Position numbers and translations under genes: made by a program
Origin: Octopus sinensis
Taxonomy: Eukaryota
Assembly: GCF_006345805.1 (NCBI RefSeq)
Contig: NC_043024.1
Coordinates: 2,542,001-2,606,000, forward strand
DNA length: 64,000 bases
Reading direction: 5' to 3'
Shown: piece after piece, positions 27,637 through 41,975 of the stretch
How the letters are laid out: each line of letters opens with the position of its first letter
How positions within the stretch are numbered: position 1 is the first letter of the stretch
Notes under the pieces: generated by a model
The model's database searches: none
What the model saw: the letters and a program-made list of their open reading frames with translations, nothing else
Told to the model about the DNA's origin: nothing

Positions 27637-29586
27637 GGTTAATATAGGGCGTAACAAATATCAGAAAATCAAAAAAAAAATGGGTTAATATAGGGCGTAA
27701 CAAATATCAGAAAATCAAAAAAAAAATGTGTGTAATAGGTGTAAAACAACTTCCTATGAACGAATATGAAAAAGGGGGGGGGGGTGGAGAGGCCTCGGAA
27801 AATTCACATCGGGAAGTTCCGAAAGCGTCTGAGGGGCTGACCCGGGCACCAAAACAAAAAAAAAATAGTGTAATATGTGTAAAACAACTTGCTCTAAACG
27901 AATATGAAAAAAAAAATGCGCTCTCGAGAAAGAGGGGTGGGGGAGAGGCCTCGGAATATTTATATCGGGAATTTCCGAAAGCGTCTGAACCGGGCACAAA
28001 AACAAAAACAAAAACAGCGTAATAGGTGTAAAACAACTTGCTCTAAACGACTATCATGAAAAAAATGCGCGCTCGCGAAAGGGGGTGGGGGAGAGGCTTC
28101 GGAAATTTCACATCTTCAGTCCACGGCCTTTAAACTAAGAAAAAATAGTGTAATTGGTGTAAAACTACTTGTTCTAAACGAGTATCAAGAACACACACTC
28201 ACACATGAATCATAAACTCCGTATTTCGCAAAAAAAAAATAAAGAGAAGAAATTCTGGAAAAAGTGAAGAAATGTTGGATCTCATTCCTTGGTTAAAGCT
28301 ATTTTAAACATTAAATTTATGCTTTTCTTTGAAATAGTTCAGATATATGCAATTCTTCTCACTTATTAAGATGCATTTATCAGAAAAAAAGAGACAGAAA
28401 AAATTATTATTTTGTGTCAATCCTTCCCTAATTATCCTTTATTAATTAGTTTTGGCGTGTATTTCTTTCCCAAATTAATTTTTTCACCTTTACAACACTG
28501 TTTAGTAAAGCAATTAATTATCTTTATAATTTGCATATTTGACTTATTAATCAAAATTCTCTAGATGTAATATATACTAAGTAATGCATCCTTCATTTAT
28601 GTGTTCCGTTCTGTATTATGCATGCGTGACTGTTTGTATGTAAGTGTGTTTAACTGTGCACATGAATGTGAATATTAAAGAACATATTTATTTACTATGA
28701 TTGTTATTTTCAGAACAAATAAATCTTTTGGCTGTTATGTTATTGATGTTATTATTATTGCTAGTTAAAGGGTGGTGACTTGGCTGAATATTTTGAGTCT
28801 TGTAGTATGTAGTTGTGTTAGTCAATATTCTGAGTTCAAATCCAACTCATTTCTTTATCATCATTGTCGATGGACCACTCAAAGAGGTATGTATACATTA
28901 TCATTTTCGTAACATAATTTCTGTAGTATTTCAAGATGTTTCTGACACGTATTTTGATTCACATGGCGGAGATCCAACATTTCTTCACTTTTTCCAGAAT
29001 TTCTTCTCTTTATTATTTTTTTTTTGCGAAATACGGAGTTTATGATTCATGTGTGAGTGTCTGTTCTTGATACTCGTTTAGAACAAGTAGTTTTACACCA
29101 ATTACACTATTTTTTCTTAGTTTAAAGGCCGTGGACTGAAGATGTGGAATTTCCGAAGCCTCTCCCCCACCCCCCTTTCGCGAGCGCGCATTTTTTTCAT
29201 GATAGTCGTTTAGAGCAAGTTGTTTTACACCTATTACGCTGTTTTTGTTTTGTGCCCGGTTCAGACGCTTTCGGAAATTCCCGATATAAATATTCCGAGG
29301 CCTCTCCCCCACCCCTCTTTCGCGAGAGCGCATTTTTTTTTGTCATATTCGTTTAGAGCAAGTTGTTTTACACATATTACACTATTTTTTTTTTGTTTTG
29401 GTGCCCGGGTCAGCTCCTCAGACGCTTTCGGAACTTCCCGATGTGAATTTTCCGAAACCTCTCCCCCACCCCCCTATCGCGTGCGCGAATTTTTTTTTTT
29501 CATATTCGTTCATAGGAAGTTGTTTTACACCTATTACACACATTTTTTTTTTGATTTTCTGATATTTGTTACGCCCTATATTAACC
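27637..29586. mobile_element. Non-autonomous foldback-type DNA transposon, about 620-bp TIRs, 8-bp TSD AAAACGTC (Merlin- or MULE-like)
   Basis: GGTTAATATAGGGCG...CGCCCTATATTAACC termini; TSD at 27629-27636 and 29587-29594; empty site in copy 1 (about 6565) and copy 4. Confidence 0.88.
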
Positions 29587-30020
29587 AAAACGTCTATATA
29601 AATATATGTGCATTCTTATGTCCGCACACATATATACATATATATATAAATATAGACATATATATGTATATACATATATATGCACATACACACAGAGAAA
29701 AGTTGGCGATTACAAAGGAATTTCACAAGAATCATATATATAGTGGAAGCCGCTTATTGCGATCATTTCCGTACAGCATTGGCCAACACCTAACATATGA
29801 CGTTAAACAAATATAAAGTCTGAACCAATTAATTTTGATAACAATAACCGGCTGATAACGTTATCCGCTATTCCGATTGACCGCCACTCCATTCCTGCCC
29901 AGCCTACATCAATACACAACAAACTACGGCATTTCTATAAATCGCAGTATTTGCTATACAACGTCTTCAATCAGATCGTATTCCTCTCCAATATATATAC
30001 ATATATATATAATAACTTAC

Positions 30021-30122
30021 CCCTGATGCTTAATAAATAAATAAATATTTATTTACTTTCGATTTCGTCTCCAAAGAATTGAGGAAACGTGACAAGCCGG
30101 AAGTAAGGTGCGTCATGTGACT
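30021..30122 (-). promoter_or_regulatory. Predicted promoter/exon 1 of copy 3
   Basis: Same block. Confidence 0.58.
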
Positions 30123-30941
30123 TAGACTCTTTAATATATGAAACCACAAAGAGTGCTGCTGACACAAAAGCGAAACTAAGAAGGAAGGGGGAACGTAATA
30201 TTGTTGTTGACTATCACCATGGTTACTGTCTAAGCGGAAGGCGCATGGCTCGGTGGTTAGCGCATCGGGCTATCAATCGCGAGTTAGTGAGTTCGATTCC
30301 CTGGATCTTTTCGTTTTGACTGGCAGATTTTTAAAATAATTTCTTTGTAACTAAACACTTTTAAACTTAAGTACCAGTTATGCACTGGGGTCGATGTAAT
30401 CAACTTAATCCCTTTGTCTGTCCTTGTCTGTTCCCTCCTATCTTTTCCGTTTGAACAGCAGTTTTTAACATAATTTCTAGGTAACTAAACACTTTTAAAC
30501 TTCGTGTAATGGTAGAATTTGTTACATAAATCATCTTTTTTCTCTTGGCTTTCTTGAGAAAATTCTGTAGTTTGTAAGCTACAATTATTGCTGTTGATAA
30601 ACTACGGCAGCTATAGTTATCACCTCAATAGACGTCATTGATTGGTTGAAATTGCCGAAATGCAAGAAATTAAACAACAAATAGCTTACAAGCTACAGAA
30701 TTTTCTCAAGGAACCCAAGAGAAAAAGATGTTTTATAAATACATTCTACCAGTATACGAAGTTTAAAGAATAAGTCCTGGGGTCGATTTGATCGACTAAA
30801 GGCGGTGCTCCAGCATGGCCACAGTCACATGACTGAAACAAGTAACAGAGTAAAGAGAGATAGCTAGATAAACAGGTAGATAGATAGGTATGTAGGTAGG
30901 CAGATAGATAAATAGACAGACAGATAGATAGATAGACACAA

Positions 30942-31038
<97 letters not shown>

Positions 31039-33800
31039 CAGACAGATAAATGGATAGACAGATAGAAGCAGATCTTCCTTCGAAAAGGACGATTCTTTTC
31101 TTCAGCTTTAAAGCTTGAGCAAAATTGCTTTGAGTGTTCATGTTGGTGGTGGTGGCCATGTTTATAGCAGTAAGGGTTGTCTTTACTTCTCTATATCTTC
31201 TAAGGCCAGACTGGCAGTGTTTGTAGTGAGTGCGCGATTTGAATATAGAGGCACCTACCTCATCTTCGTAGTGACGGAGACCCTCCAGAGATGACTAGTC
31301 CTTCCTCACAGCCCCGACCCGAGCACTAACGATAGCAGCAGCTAGCCCAAACCCTTAGCGACGTCCTCACACGTCTTCTCACCTCCACGACCCACGTTCG
31401 AAAGGGCAATTTCCGCTCCCTGCGCACGCCTGACAGCTGACCCCTTCCGCTTGCCCAAACTTCCGGTCAACGCACCCAGCTGATGACGTCATCGAACAGT
31501 TTCCTGTGTGCGTTCAAGCGGAACAACTTCCTTTTCAGATAGATAGACAAATAGATAGATAGGGTACTACTTGAGAATAGTGGTCGCGGTGCGCGCACTC
31601 ACGCTAGCTAGTCGTGACTGGTCGATACTACGACTAGCTAGCAAAGTAAATACTACACAAAATAATTTTTTTTACACAAAGTAAACAATTTTTGTTAAAA
31701 TAAATAAAACACAAAGTAAGGATCGACTAGTCATGACTAGCTAGCGCGGATGCACGAGTACGCGAGTGCGCGCACCGGGATCACTCTTCTCAAGTAGTAC
31801 CGATAGATAGACAGACAGAGATAGACAGGCACAGATATGTTATAGAAATAAACTTTGACGTACGCACCTTGAAGTTTTCCAGTGTTAAAACTTTCTTTGG
31901 AAGTTGCACGTCATCTTCAGCAGGTGCTTCGTGTGTGTGTGTGTGTGTGTAGGCAGAGGACGGCCGAATGGTCAAGAAGATCTCTTAACAACCATGAGGT
32001 CCCTCGTTCTGTCCTACTGCGAGACACTTTGGGCAAATAACACTTTCTGCAGTGTCCAGTTGACCTGAATGAAATCGGACAGAGGGGAAAGTGCTGAACC
32101 CAGGAATTCCAAAGAGGTCAGCTTCGGGTCGCAGAGGTTCTTGTATGATTCCAGCGGAATCCTCGAAGACTCACGGAAATTCTGGAGCAGGGGATTCAGT
32201 TGGTCTTACACCTGAATCCTCATCAGCGAACGACGGGGATCCACGATGTATAAAAATGTCTGTATAGGTATAGATGGAAATGGTGAGGATATCAAGAAAT
32301 GGTTACTAGCAAAATGTGGGAAAGAAAAAAACTGGAATGGGCAGTGAAAAGGAAACGAAACAGTTAAAGAAATTATATAACTTTGTTTAAGTAATTTGTT
32401 ATTTAGTCCTTCCTTTTTTCTGAGTTGTGCGTTAGATATGAAATTAGATATGAAATCATTCGTATCTAATTCCGGTCTCCCAATAATTATCAGTTATAAA
32501 GTGGAATTGATCCAGGAATAAAGATTTGTATGAAACTATAGCAGGAAATAAACGGAATTTGCAAGACTGAACGGTTAATGGACGAAGGGAAGTAACTCTT
32601 CTTTCAACAAAAGTCTTGAATATTTTTATATAGCTTCGTGTTTAAATGACAATTAATTAATTCAACAAATTATTAGAAAGGATCACAAAAGTACAGCCCC
32701 TAAAATAACTGCAGGGGTTAATGACCGCCTCAAGAACCCAGTTTCCACAAAAACTTTTTGCTGGGAGCTGCACAAAGCCAGATTTCAAGGGAGGGCTGCA
32801 ATCAGAAAACCACTACTTTCAAAAACAAACGTTGCAAAGCGTTTAGAGTGGAGTTAAAACCTACGGAATTGGTCCCTAGAGCAGTGGAAGAATGTTATTT
32901 TCTAGGACGAGTCATCCTTTACCTTATTTCCGACAACCGGCCGAGTATACGTGTGAAGAGAGCCAAAAAAAGCATTTGACCCAGACTGCCTTCTTCCAAC
33001 TGTTAAACATGGAGGAGGATCTGTGATGATCTGGGGAGCTATATCTTGGATATCTGCCAGCCCAATAGTTCCCCTTCATGTCAGAATTAATAATCAAGAC
33101 TATTTAAGCATTTTATCTGATCAAATTCATCCTATGGTAGGGGAACTGTTTCTGGAGAGAAACGCAAGCTTTCAGGATGATAATGCACCAATTCACACGG
33201 CTAAAGTTGTCATTGAATGGCACGAGGAACATTCATCAACCGTTTCAAAGTAAACATTAGTCCTTGCTCTTTTCAACACAATAACTTCTGGTATTTCATA
33301 TAAAGCAGATCTTTCCTTCTATGTTTCCGACGAAGAGCTCCGCTCGAAACGTTAAACCCTCCATCTTTTCTGAGCATCCAATAATACTATATTTGTTCCA
33401 CGTCCTCGCGTTGTTGTGTTTTTTTTGTGCTTTCTTGTTTAGATTAACTATATATATACATATATATATACATATATATATATATATACATATATATATG
33501 TATATATAACCGATCGTAGCCGCTGCCAGACTCACCTGGCACCTGTGGCGGTGGAATGTAAAAAAAAAACCCTACACTCGCGGAGTGGTTGGCATTAGGA
33601 AAGGGCATCAGGATGTAGAAACACTGCCAGATCACACTGGGCCTGGTGCAGCCTGCTGGCTTCCCAGACCCCGGTCGAACCGTCCAACCCGTGCTAGCAT
33701 GGAAAGCAATGATCATGATGATGATATATATACAAATTAAAATCCAGGAAACACAGAAGTAGCATTAATATAGTTTATTAACTGCAAAAATTCAACATGT

Positions 33801-33882
33801 ACACTTACAGCTGTTTCGATTTTGCTCAAAAGAAATTCCAATAATTAAAACATTTAATTGGGCAAAATCTCATCAGAGGAAT
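33801..33882 (-). ncRNA. Hammerhead motif, unit copy
   Basis: Identical core. Confidence 0.65.
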
Positions 33883-35693
33883 GAAAAAGACATCTCGTTA
33901 GGTTATCACGTTATTCTTCCAAAACATTTCAACAGACTAAAACTTTTTTTTAATTACTAATATTGGTATAAATCTTGGCCAGTGGGTAACAGGTTGTATA
34001 AGGGTAATAATCTTTATATATATAAAACTGAGAATGTGTGTCTGTCTGTCTGTGTGTTTCCCTAAAACTTGTGAACTACACAACCAATTTCATTAGAATT
34101 TTACACATGCCTTACTTAGGGTCCATGTTGTTTCATGGGCAAAAAAAAATGTTCAACTTCTTGCCTAGAGCGAGCCCATAGCAATATTATATCTTCTCCA
34201 CTATTTCAGTATTACATGTTAAAAGTGAAACAGAAATATTTCTTTATTTTATGTCAGATGCTTTCACTTTAACAATAAAAATAATAACAATTGAATTATA
34301 TGTAGTAAGTAATAATTAAAATCAAACTAAAGTATAGTATAATCGTAACATACAAAAGTAAAAATAGCAATTGATATAAAATTGCATCAATGATTTGAAC
34401 TTGAATAAGTGGTTTCACATGAATGGGAATAAAGTAAAAATATAATTAGCGTGCAGAAATGGAATAGTCCAGATGGATAATACAAAATTAAATTAAAGAA
34501 AAGACTATTGTCTATAAAGTATACAACGTAGAGAAAAAAGAAGAGCTAACAATTCCAGTCTGTTATATATTTTGAGTATTGTTATCACTAGCGATATCAA
34601 GATATAACTTTATGTTTTGCATTTTATGTGTAGATGTATATAGATGTACATGTAATATGTACACATATATACATGCACTAGCACTATGACCCGGCAACAA
34701 CGGGTCTTTAATACTAGTTGGTAAATAAATGGTAGATAGTGAGTTATATTTCTCACTATAATTATTTTATAATGTATCGATTTAATTATTTTGTAATTTA
34801 TCTATATCAGTTCAATCAATTTCTTTAACAAAGTTATAAATGTGATCACGTTGTTCTCTCATTCATATGATACTATTTTTACTATAACTGACTAATCTAA
34901 CATTTATTTAATGCGGTTTCGATTCTCAGACCGGGCGTTGTGTGTGTTTATTGAGCGAAAACACCTAAAGCTCCACGAGGCTCCGGCAGGGGGTGGTGGC
35001 GATCCCTGCTGTACTCTTTCTTTCTGTTTCTTGAGTAATGCTGCGATGGACTGGCATCCTGTCCAGCTGGTGGTGTAACACATATCCCACAGAAACCGGG
35101 CCCATGAGCCTGGCTAGGTTTGTAAAGGGCGCATAAATAAATAAAAATAATAAATATACTGGCATGTAATAAAACTGTGTAAGAGAATAATTTACCACAA
35201 CTCAATTGCAAGAAGCACTTCCATCAAGTTAAGCTATTTATTCGAGAGAATGATTTAATAGAGGTGCAGGAGTGGCTGTGTGGTAAGTAGCTTGCTAACC
35301 AACCACATGGTTCCGGATTCAGTCACACCGAGTGGCATCTTGGGCAAGTGTCTTCTGCTATAGCCCCAGGCCGACCAAAGCCTTGTGAGAGTCATTTGGT
35401 AGACGGAAACTGAAAGAAGCCTGTCGTATATACGTATACATATATATGTATATATGTGCATGTGTTTGTGTGTCTGTGTTTGTTCCCCTAGCATTGCTTG
35501 TCAATCGATGCTGGTGTGTTTACGTCCCCGTCACATAGTGGTTCAGCAAAATAGACCGATAGAATAAGTACTGAGCTTACAAAGAATAAGTCCTGCGGTC
35601 GATTTGCTCGACTGAAGGCGGTGCCCCAGCATGGCCGCAGTCAAATGACTGAAACAAGTAAGAGAGAGAGAGAGTAATAGAATTATCACAGTG

Positions 35694-37307
35694 TTATGGT
35701 TTCTCTCCTGTGTGAATGTGTTTGTGAGAAATTAAGGTATGGTTCTGAGAGAAGGATTTACCACAGATATCACACACGTATGGCTTCTCTCCTGTGTGAA
35801 TACGTTTGTGAGTGGTTAGGTCACTATTTCCAGAGAATGATTTACCACAGATATCACACTGATAAGGTTTCTCTCCTGTGTGAATGTATTTGTGAGTAGT
35901 TAAGTTGTGATTTCGAGAGAATGATTTACCACAGATATCACACTGATAAGGTTTCTCTCCTGTGTGAATGTATTTGTGAGTAGTTAAGTTGTGATTTCGA
36001 GAGAATGATTTACCACAGATATTACAGTGATATGGTTTCTCTCCTGTGTGAATACGTTTGTGAGTGGTTATGTCACTATTTCCAGAGAATGATTTACCAC
36101 AGATATCACAGTGATAAGGTTTCTCTCCTGTGTGAATGTATTTGTGAGTAGTTAAGTGGTGATTCTGAGAGAATGATTTACCACAGATATCACAGTGATA
36201 AGGTTTCTCTCCTGTGTGAATGTATTTGTGAGCAGTTAAGTGGTGATTCTGAGAGAATGATTTACCACAGATATCACAGTGATAAGGTTTCTCTCCTGTG
36301 TGAATGTATTTGTGAGTAGTTAAGTGGTGATCCTGAGAGAATGATTTACCACAGATATCACAGTGATAAGGTTTCTCTCCTGTGTGAATGTATTTGTGTT
36401 TAGTTAGGTTGTGATTCTGAGAGAAAGATTCTCCACAGATATCACAGTGATAAGGTTTCTCTCCTGTGTGAATGTATTTGTGAGTAGTTAAGTTGTGATT
36501 TCGAGAGAATGATTTACCACAGATATTACAGTGATATGGTTTCTCTCCTGTGTGAATACGTTTGTGAGTGGTTAGGTCACTATTTCCAGAGAATGATTTA
36601 CCACATATATCACAATGATAAGGTTTCTCTCCTGTATGAATGTATTTGTGAACAGTTAAGCTGTGATTATGAGGGAATGATTTACCACAGATATCACAAT
36701 GATAAGGTTTCTCTCCTGTATGAATGTATTTGTGAATAGTTAAGTGGTGATTACGAGAGAATGATTGGCCACAGGTACCACACTGATATGGTTTCTCACC
36801 TGTATGAATACGTTTGTGACTCGTTAGGTTTTGATTCTGAGAGAATGATTTACCACAGATATCACACTGATATGGTTTCTCTCCTGTATGAATACGTTTG
36901 TGAGTGGTTAGGTCGCTATTTCCAGGGAATGATTTACCACAGATATCGCAATGATGTGACTTAACCACAATGTGGATGCATTTGTGAATAGCTAAGCTAT
37001 GATTCTGAGAGAATGATTTACCACAGGTATTACAGCGATACGGCTCGACACCTGCGTGAATGTGTTTATGTGTGGTCAAACGAACCTTTTCAGAGAATGA
37101 TTTACCACAGATGTCACAGCGATAGAGATCCTCTCCTGCAGGGAAACATTTGTGAATCGTCTGTTCATCTTTGAGAAAGAAGGACTTGTTGCAGACATCA
37201 CAGTGAAATGATGTTTTCTCTTCTTCTTCTGTTTCATCTTCAGTAAAATCAATCCTTAAAGACTGTGTATTACAATTAACCTCATTATCACGTAATTCAT
37301 TTTCCAT
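35694..37307 (-). CDS. Poly-C2H2 zinc-finger protein, copy 4 (537 aa, about 17 fingers), no pseudo-finger tail
   Basis: Uninterrupted ORF running to the array-terminal KP* stop. Confidence 0.94.
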   Translation of the reverse strand: MENELRDNEVNCNTQSLRIDFTEDETEEEEKTSFHCDVCNKSFFLKDEQTIHKCFPAGEDLYRCDICGKSFSEKVRLTTHKHIHAGVEPYRCNTCGKSFSQNHSLAIHKCIHIVVKSHHCDICGKSFPGNSDLTTHKRIHTGEKPYQCDICGKSFSQNQNLTSHKRIHTGEKPYQCGTCGQSFSRNHHLTIHKYIHTGEKPYHCDICGKSFPHNHSLTVHKYIHTGEKPYHCDICGKSFSGNSDLTTHKRIHTGEKPYHCNICGKSFSRNHNLTTHKYIHTGEKPYHCDICGESFSQNHNLTKHKYIHTGEKPYHCDICGKSFSQDHHLTTHKYIHTGEKPYHCDICGKSFSQNHHLTAHKYIHTGEKPYHCDICGKSFSQNHHLTTHKYIHTGEKPYHCDICGKSFSGNSDITTHKRIHTGEKPYHCNICGKSFSRNHNLTTHKYIHTGEKPYQCDICGKSFSRNHNLTTHKYIHTGEKPYQCDICGKSFSGNSDLTTHKRIHTGEKPYVCDICGKSFSQNHTLISHKHIHTGEKP

Positions 37308-38716
37308 TATTTTTCTCCTCTCACCACAAAGTCCAAATGTCTTTCTTTTTTTTTCTTCTTTTTTTTTTATATTCTATTTCACAGTTATTTCTGTTGCTTG
37401 AAATGCTTAGCTGTATTTCGTCTGTCTTTTTGTTCTGAGTTCAAATTCCACCGAGGTCGACTTTGCCTTTCATCCTCTCGGGGTCAATAAATAAAGTACC
37501 AGTTTCACACTGGGGTTGATATAATCAACTTAATCCCTTTGTCATGCCTTACTTGTCCCCTCTATGTTTAGCCCCCTAGTGGGCAATAAAGAAATATATA
37601 TTTCCATCAACTGTAATCATTGTCAATATCTGAGGGGACTGCCAATTCCTTTGCAATCCAGGTTTAATTAGAATACAGGATTGGTTTTCTTGCACCCATT
37701 TCAGGCAGTAAAGTACAGAAATGCTGCTAATAATCACACACCCAAAGAAAATCTTTTACAATTCTATAATCGATTTATATAAACAGGGTAATATTTCTTC
37801 TGTGTAGCATCTTAGTTTCATCTTAAAGAATATATCATATATATTCGTGATGTGTTCGATGTAAAATCTTCCTTTATACTAAATATCCTGTCTGATACTC
37901 TGAAATAAAAAAGAAATAATATGAGATATAGAATATACTTGAAAAGTAAAGATTAAATAATGAAAATTTTATTACGTTTTTATACTGATAAACTGGAGAT
38001 ATAAACCTTTAGCTGGCCAAATAAACGTTAACACGTCAGTCTGACAAACAAACAAGGAGATTATAAGGTAGCCATGGGATGTGCTAAAAATAATAGCTAA
38101 ATAGCTCTTAAATCATGCAGCAATTTTAAAAATTTTGTTTTGGTTTTTGCACAATCCTATGAATTACAAATTCGCAAGAGTTTTCTAAAAATTCCCAAAA
38201 AGTTTTGAACCAACGAAGAACGTATAATTTACATCTGCTGTTTGTTTGTTGAGCGAAGCGGTCTTCGTCCCAGAGCTCGCAAGATGGAAGAAGTCGGAAA
38301 CGTGGTCCTTTGCTATTCGTAAGACCCGCAGAAGAGAAAGCAGGTCAGCCCCCCCGACACCGAGAGCATCGAATGATGGATGAATCCGCATCCAGGTTCG
38401 GCGGTTGCGTAGGAAGTCGGGGGACAAGAAACAGGAAGAAAGAGTGAGAGAAAGTTGGGGCGAAAGAGTACAACAGGGGTCGCCACAACCCTCTGCTGGA
38501 GCATCGTGGAGCGTTAGGTGTTTTCGCTCAATAAACACACACAACGCCCAGTCTGGGAATCGAAACCGCGATCCTCCGACCGCGAGTCCACTGCCCTAAC
38601 CACTGGGCCATTTCGCCTCCACTTACATCTGTTTTATATGAAATACCAGAAGTTATTGTGTTAAAAAGAGCAAGGACTAATGTTTACTTTGAAACGGTTG
38701 ATGATGATGATGATCG

Positions 38717-38895
38717 TAAAAAACACCCACTACACTCGCGGAGTGGTTGGCGTTAGGAAGGGCATCCAGCCGTAGAAACACTGCCAAATCTGACTGGGCC
38801 TGATGAAGCCTTCCGGCTTCACAGACCCCAGTTAAACCGTCCAACCATGCTAGCATGGAAAACGGACGCTAAATGATGATGATGATGATGATGAT
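38717..38895 (+). mobile_element. RTE 3'-end fragment unique to copy 4
   Basis: Matches the reverse complement of 39176-39360; inserted in a (GAT)n tract. Confidence 0.75.
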
Positions 38896-39175
38896 ATATA
38901 TATTACTACCCACAAAGGGATAAACATAGAGGGGACAAACAAGGACAGACATAGGGATTAAGTCGATTACATTGACACCAGTGCATAACTGGTACTTAAT
39001 TTATCGACCCTGAAAGATGAAAGGCAAAGTCGACCACAGTGGAATGTGAACTCATAACGTAAGGACACATGCATTTCGCCCGTGGTGCAAATGTTGCAGC
39101 CTGCTCGCCACCTTCATATATAAATATATATATTTGTGTATATATATACATATATATATACATATATATATATAT

Positions 39176-41936
39176 CATCATCATCATCATCATCATCGTT
39201 TAACGTCCGTTCTCCATGCTAGCATGGGTTGGAAGGTTCGACCGGGGATCTGGGAAGCCAGTAGGCTGTACCAGGCTGCAGTCTTATCTGGCAATGTTTC
39301 TACAGCTGGATGCCCTTCCTAACGCCAACCACTCCATGAGTGTAGTGGGTGCTTTTTACGTGCCACCTGCACAGGTGCCAGGTGACGCTGGCAACGGCCA
39401 CGGTCGGATTGGTGTATTTTACGTGCCACCGGCACGGAAGCCACTCGAAACGGCGCTGGCATCGGCCACGAGTCGGATAGTGCTTTTTACGTACCACCAG
39501 ACCAGGGATCCTGGCTGGTTCAATTCGATTTCGCTTGTCCCAACATGTCTTCGCAAGCAAAGGAGGGTTGGCATGGGTGCCTGTCATCGGATGAGGTTCT
39601 ATATCGACTTCGCTTGCCTCAACAGGTCTTTGTGTCCAAGGGAGGAAAGGCATTCATAAGTGGGCTGGGCTCACTTGTCCTGCCTGGTCTTCTCACGTAC
39701 AGCATATTTCCATAGGTCTCTCGGTCGATGGTCATTTTCCTCAGTGAGGCCTAAAGTTCAAAGGTCGTGCCTTCACTACACGTCGTCCCGGTATTCCTGG
39801 GTCTACCTCTTCCACGGGTTCCCTCAACTGCTAGGGATGTGCACTTTCTCACACACCTATCTTCATCCATTCTCGCCACATGTCCATACCAGCGCAATCG
39901 TCTCTCTTGCACACCACAACTGATGCTTCTTAGGTACAACAGTTCTCTCAAGGTACTAACGCTCTGTCGAGTATGTACACTGACGTTACACATCCATCGG
40001 AGCATAGTGGCTTCATTCCTCACAAGCTTACGCATGTCTTCAGCAGTCACGGCCCATGTTTCACTGCCATGTAGCATGGTGTTTCGTACACATGCATCAT
40101 ACGTTGCCTTTTTACTCTGAGCGAGAGGCCTTCCTTAGTCACCAGCAGAGGTAAGAGCTCCCTAAACTTGCCCAGGCTATTCTTATTCTAGCAGTTACAC
40201 TTTCAGGGCACCCACCCCAACTCCTGACTTGGTCACCGTATAACGGAAGCTATCAACTACTTCTAGTTTTTCCCCTGGAAAGTGACGGAAGTTGTTTCTG
40301 CAGATTTTCGGAGGTTAATGCTCCCAAGCATCTGCCACATACAAAAAACTATCTTCCAGTTAGCCTACTTTTTGACATTGCTGCACCCCTTATGTGTCCA
40401 TAGCTTACACTGGGTACATCTTATAGAGTTTCTACCTACACCTTTTTCTACAGATCGAGCAGGGGCCATCTTCCTGAAGACATTTGTGGATTATCTACCT
40501 TCCTACTTATTAGTACTTTGGTTTTAGCTAGGTTGACTCTAAGGCCCCTCGATTCTAAATCCTCCTCCAGTTCTGATAGTGACTCAGCAATTAGAGCAAG
40601 GTCGTCAGCATAGAGGAGCTCCCAGGGGCAACCTGTCTTGAATTCCTCCGTAATTGCCTGGAGGACTATGATAAATAGGAGGGGGCTGAGTACTGAACCC
40701 TGGTGGACCCCAACCTCTACTTTGAATTCTTCTGTGTATATGTTACCAACCCTAACCTTACTTACGGCATCTCTGTACATGGCTTGCACAGCCCTCACCA
40801 GCCATTCATCTATCCCTAGTTTTCCTCATTGATTACCAGATAAGGGATCGGGGGACCCTATCAAAGGCTTTCTCCATGTCAACGAAAGCCAGGTACAGGG
40901 GCTTATCTTTGGCTAGGTATTTCTCCTGCAGCTGCCTTACCAGGAATATAGCATCAGTGGTACTTTTCCCTGGCACGAACCCAAACTGCATCTCATCTAA
41001 ACTAACTCTCTCTCTAATTAGTGGGCTATGACCCTCTCCGTAACCTTCATTACCTGATCCAACAGCTTGATACCTCTGTAATTATTTATCTAGGGCATCA
41101 CCTTTACCTTTGTAGCAGTTGACTAGTATGCTGCTACACCAGTTATTGGGTATGACTCCTTCATGTATCACCTGGTTGACTATACGGGTGACTAGGTTAT
41201 ATCCGACACTGCCAGATGTTTTGAGCATCTCTGCAGTAATTCCTGATGGGCCTGGGGCTTTCCCTGTCTTCATGCTTCTAATTGCCTTAGCTACCACGGA
41301 ACTATCAACTCGGATAGCTGGTCCCTCTGTTGGGTCAACATTCGGCAGACTCTCTTTATCCCATTCATTTTCTTTATTCAGCAACCTTTCATAGTGGCAT
41401 CTCCAAACCTCTCTCTTTGCATCCTCATTTAGCGCAAGTGAACCATCATCCATGCGAACACACTTCTCTCCTACCACATCACGATTCTCTCTCACACACT
41501 GTCTTGCAACACGAAATACCTCAAGTCTTTCATCCTCACGGCTCACAACATTGGCAAATTTTTTCTTATCCGCTTCCCCTCTGGCTAAATAAACATGTCT
41601 CCTAGCTTCCCTTCTGGCTGTCTGATACAATTCCCTGCTACCACCGTTCTTCCAGTCCCTCCAAGCCTGTTTCTTTTGTCTAATAGCCCTGTCCACCACA
41701 TTGTTCCACCACCACGTTACTCTGGGTCGAGACGGGACTTTGCTCCATCCACAGATCTGGTCAGTGGCTGTCAGCAGATTGTCCCGTAGAAATCTCCAGT
41801 TGTCTTCCACATTAAGTGAAGCTATATCCCCTTCTATTTCGTCAAAGGCTTCGAGTAGTATGTCTCTAAATCTCTGTCCATTTGCAGGATCTTTAAGCTT
41901 CCAGACCCTTCTCCTCCAAGCTGGTCTTCTTCTGGG

Positions 41937-41938
<2 letters not shown>
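39176..41938 (-). mobile_element. 5'-truncated, frameshifted RTE-clade LINE in the intron of copy 4
   Basis: GKAPGPSGI, YKGKGD, QFGF, DMEKAFD, GVHQGSVLSP, YADD, HGSETW motifs; (GAT)n tail; both flanks are (TA)n. Confidence 0.9.

Positions 41939-41975
<37 letters not shown>

Noticed and set aside
27707-29816. Mirror-image ORFs on both strands
   Set aside because: Products of the TIR subrepeats; no transposase motif
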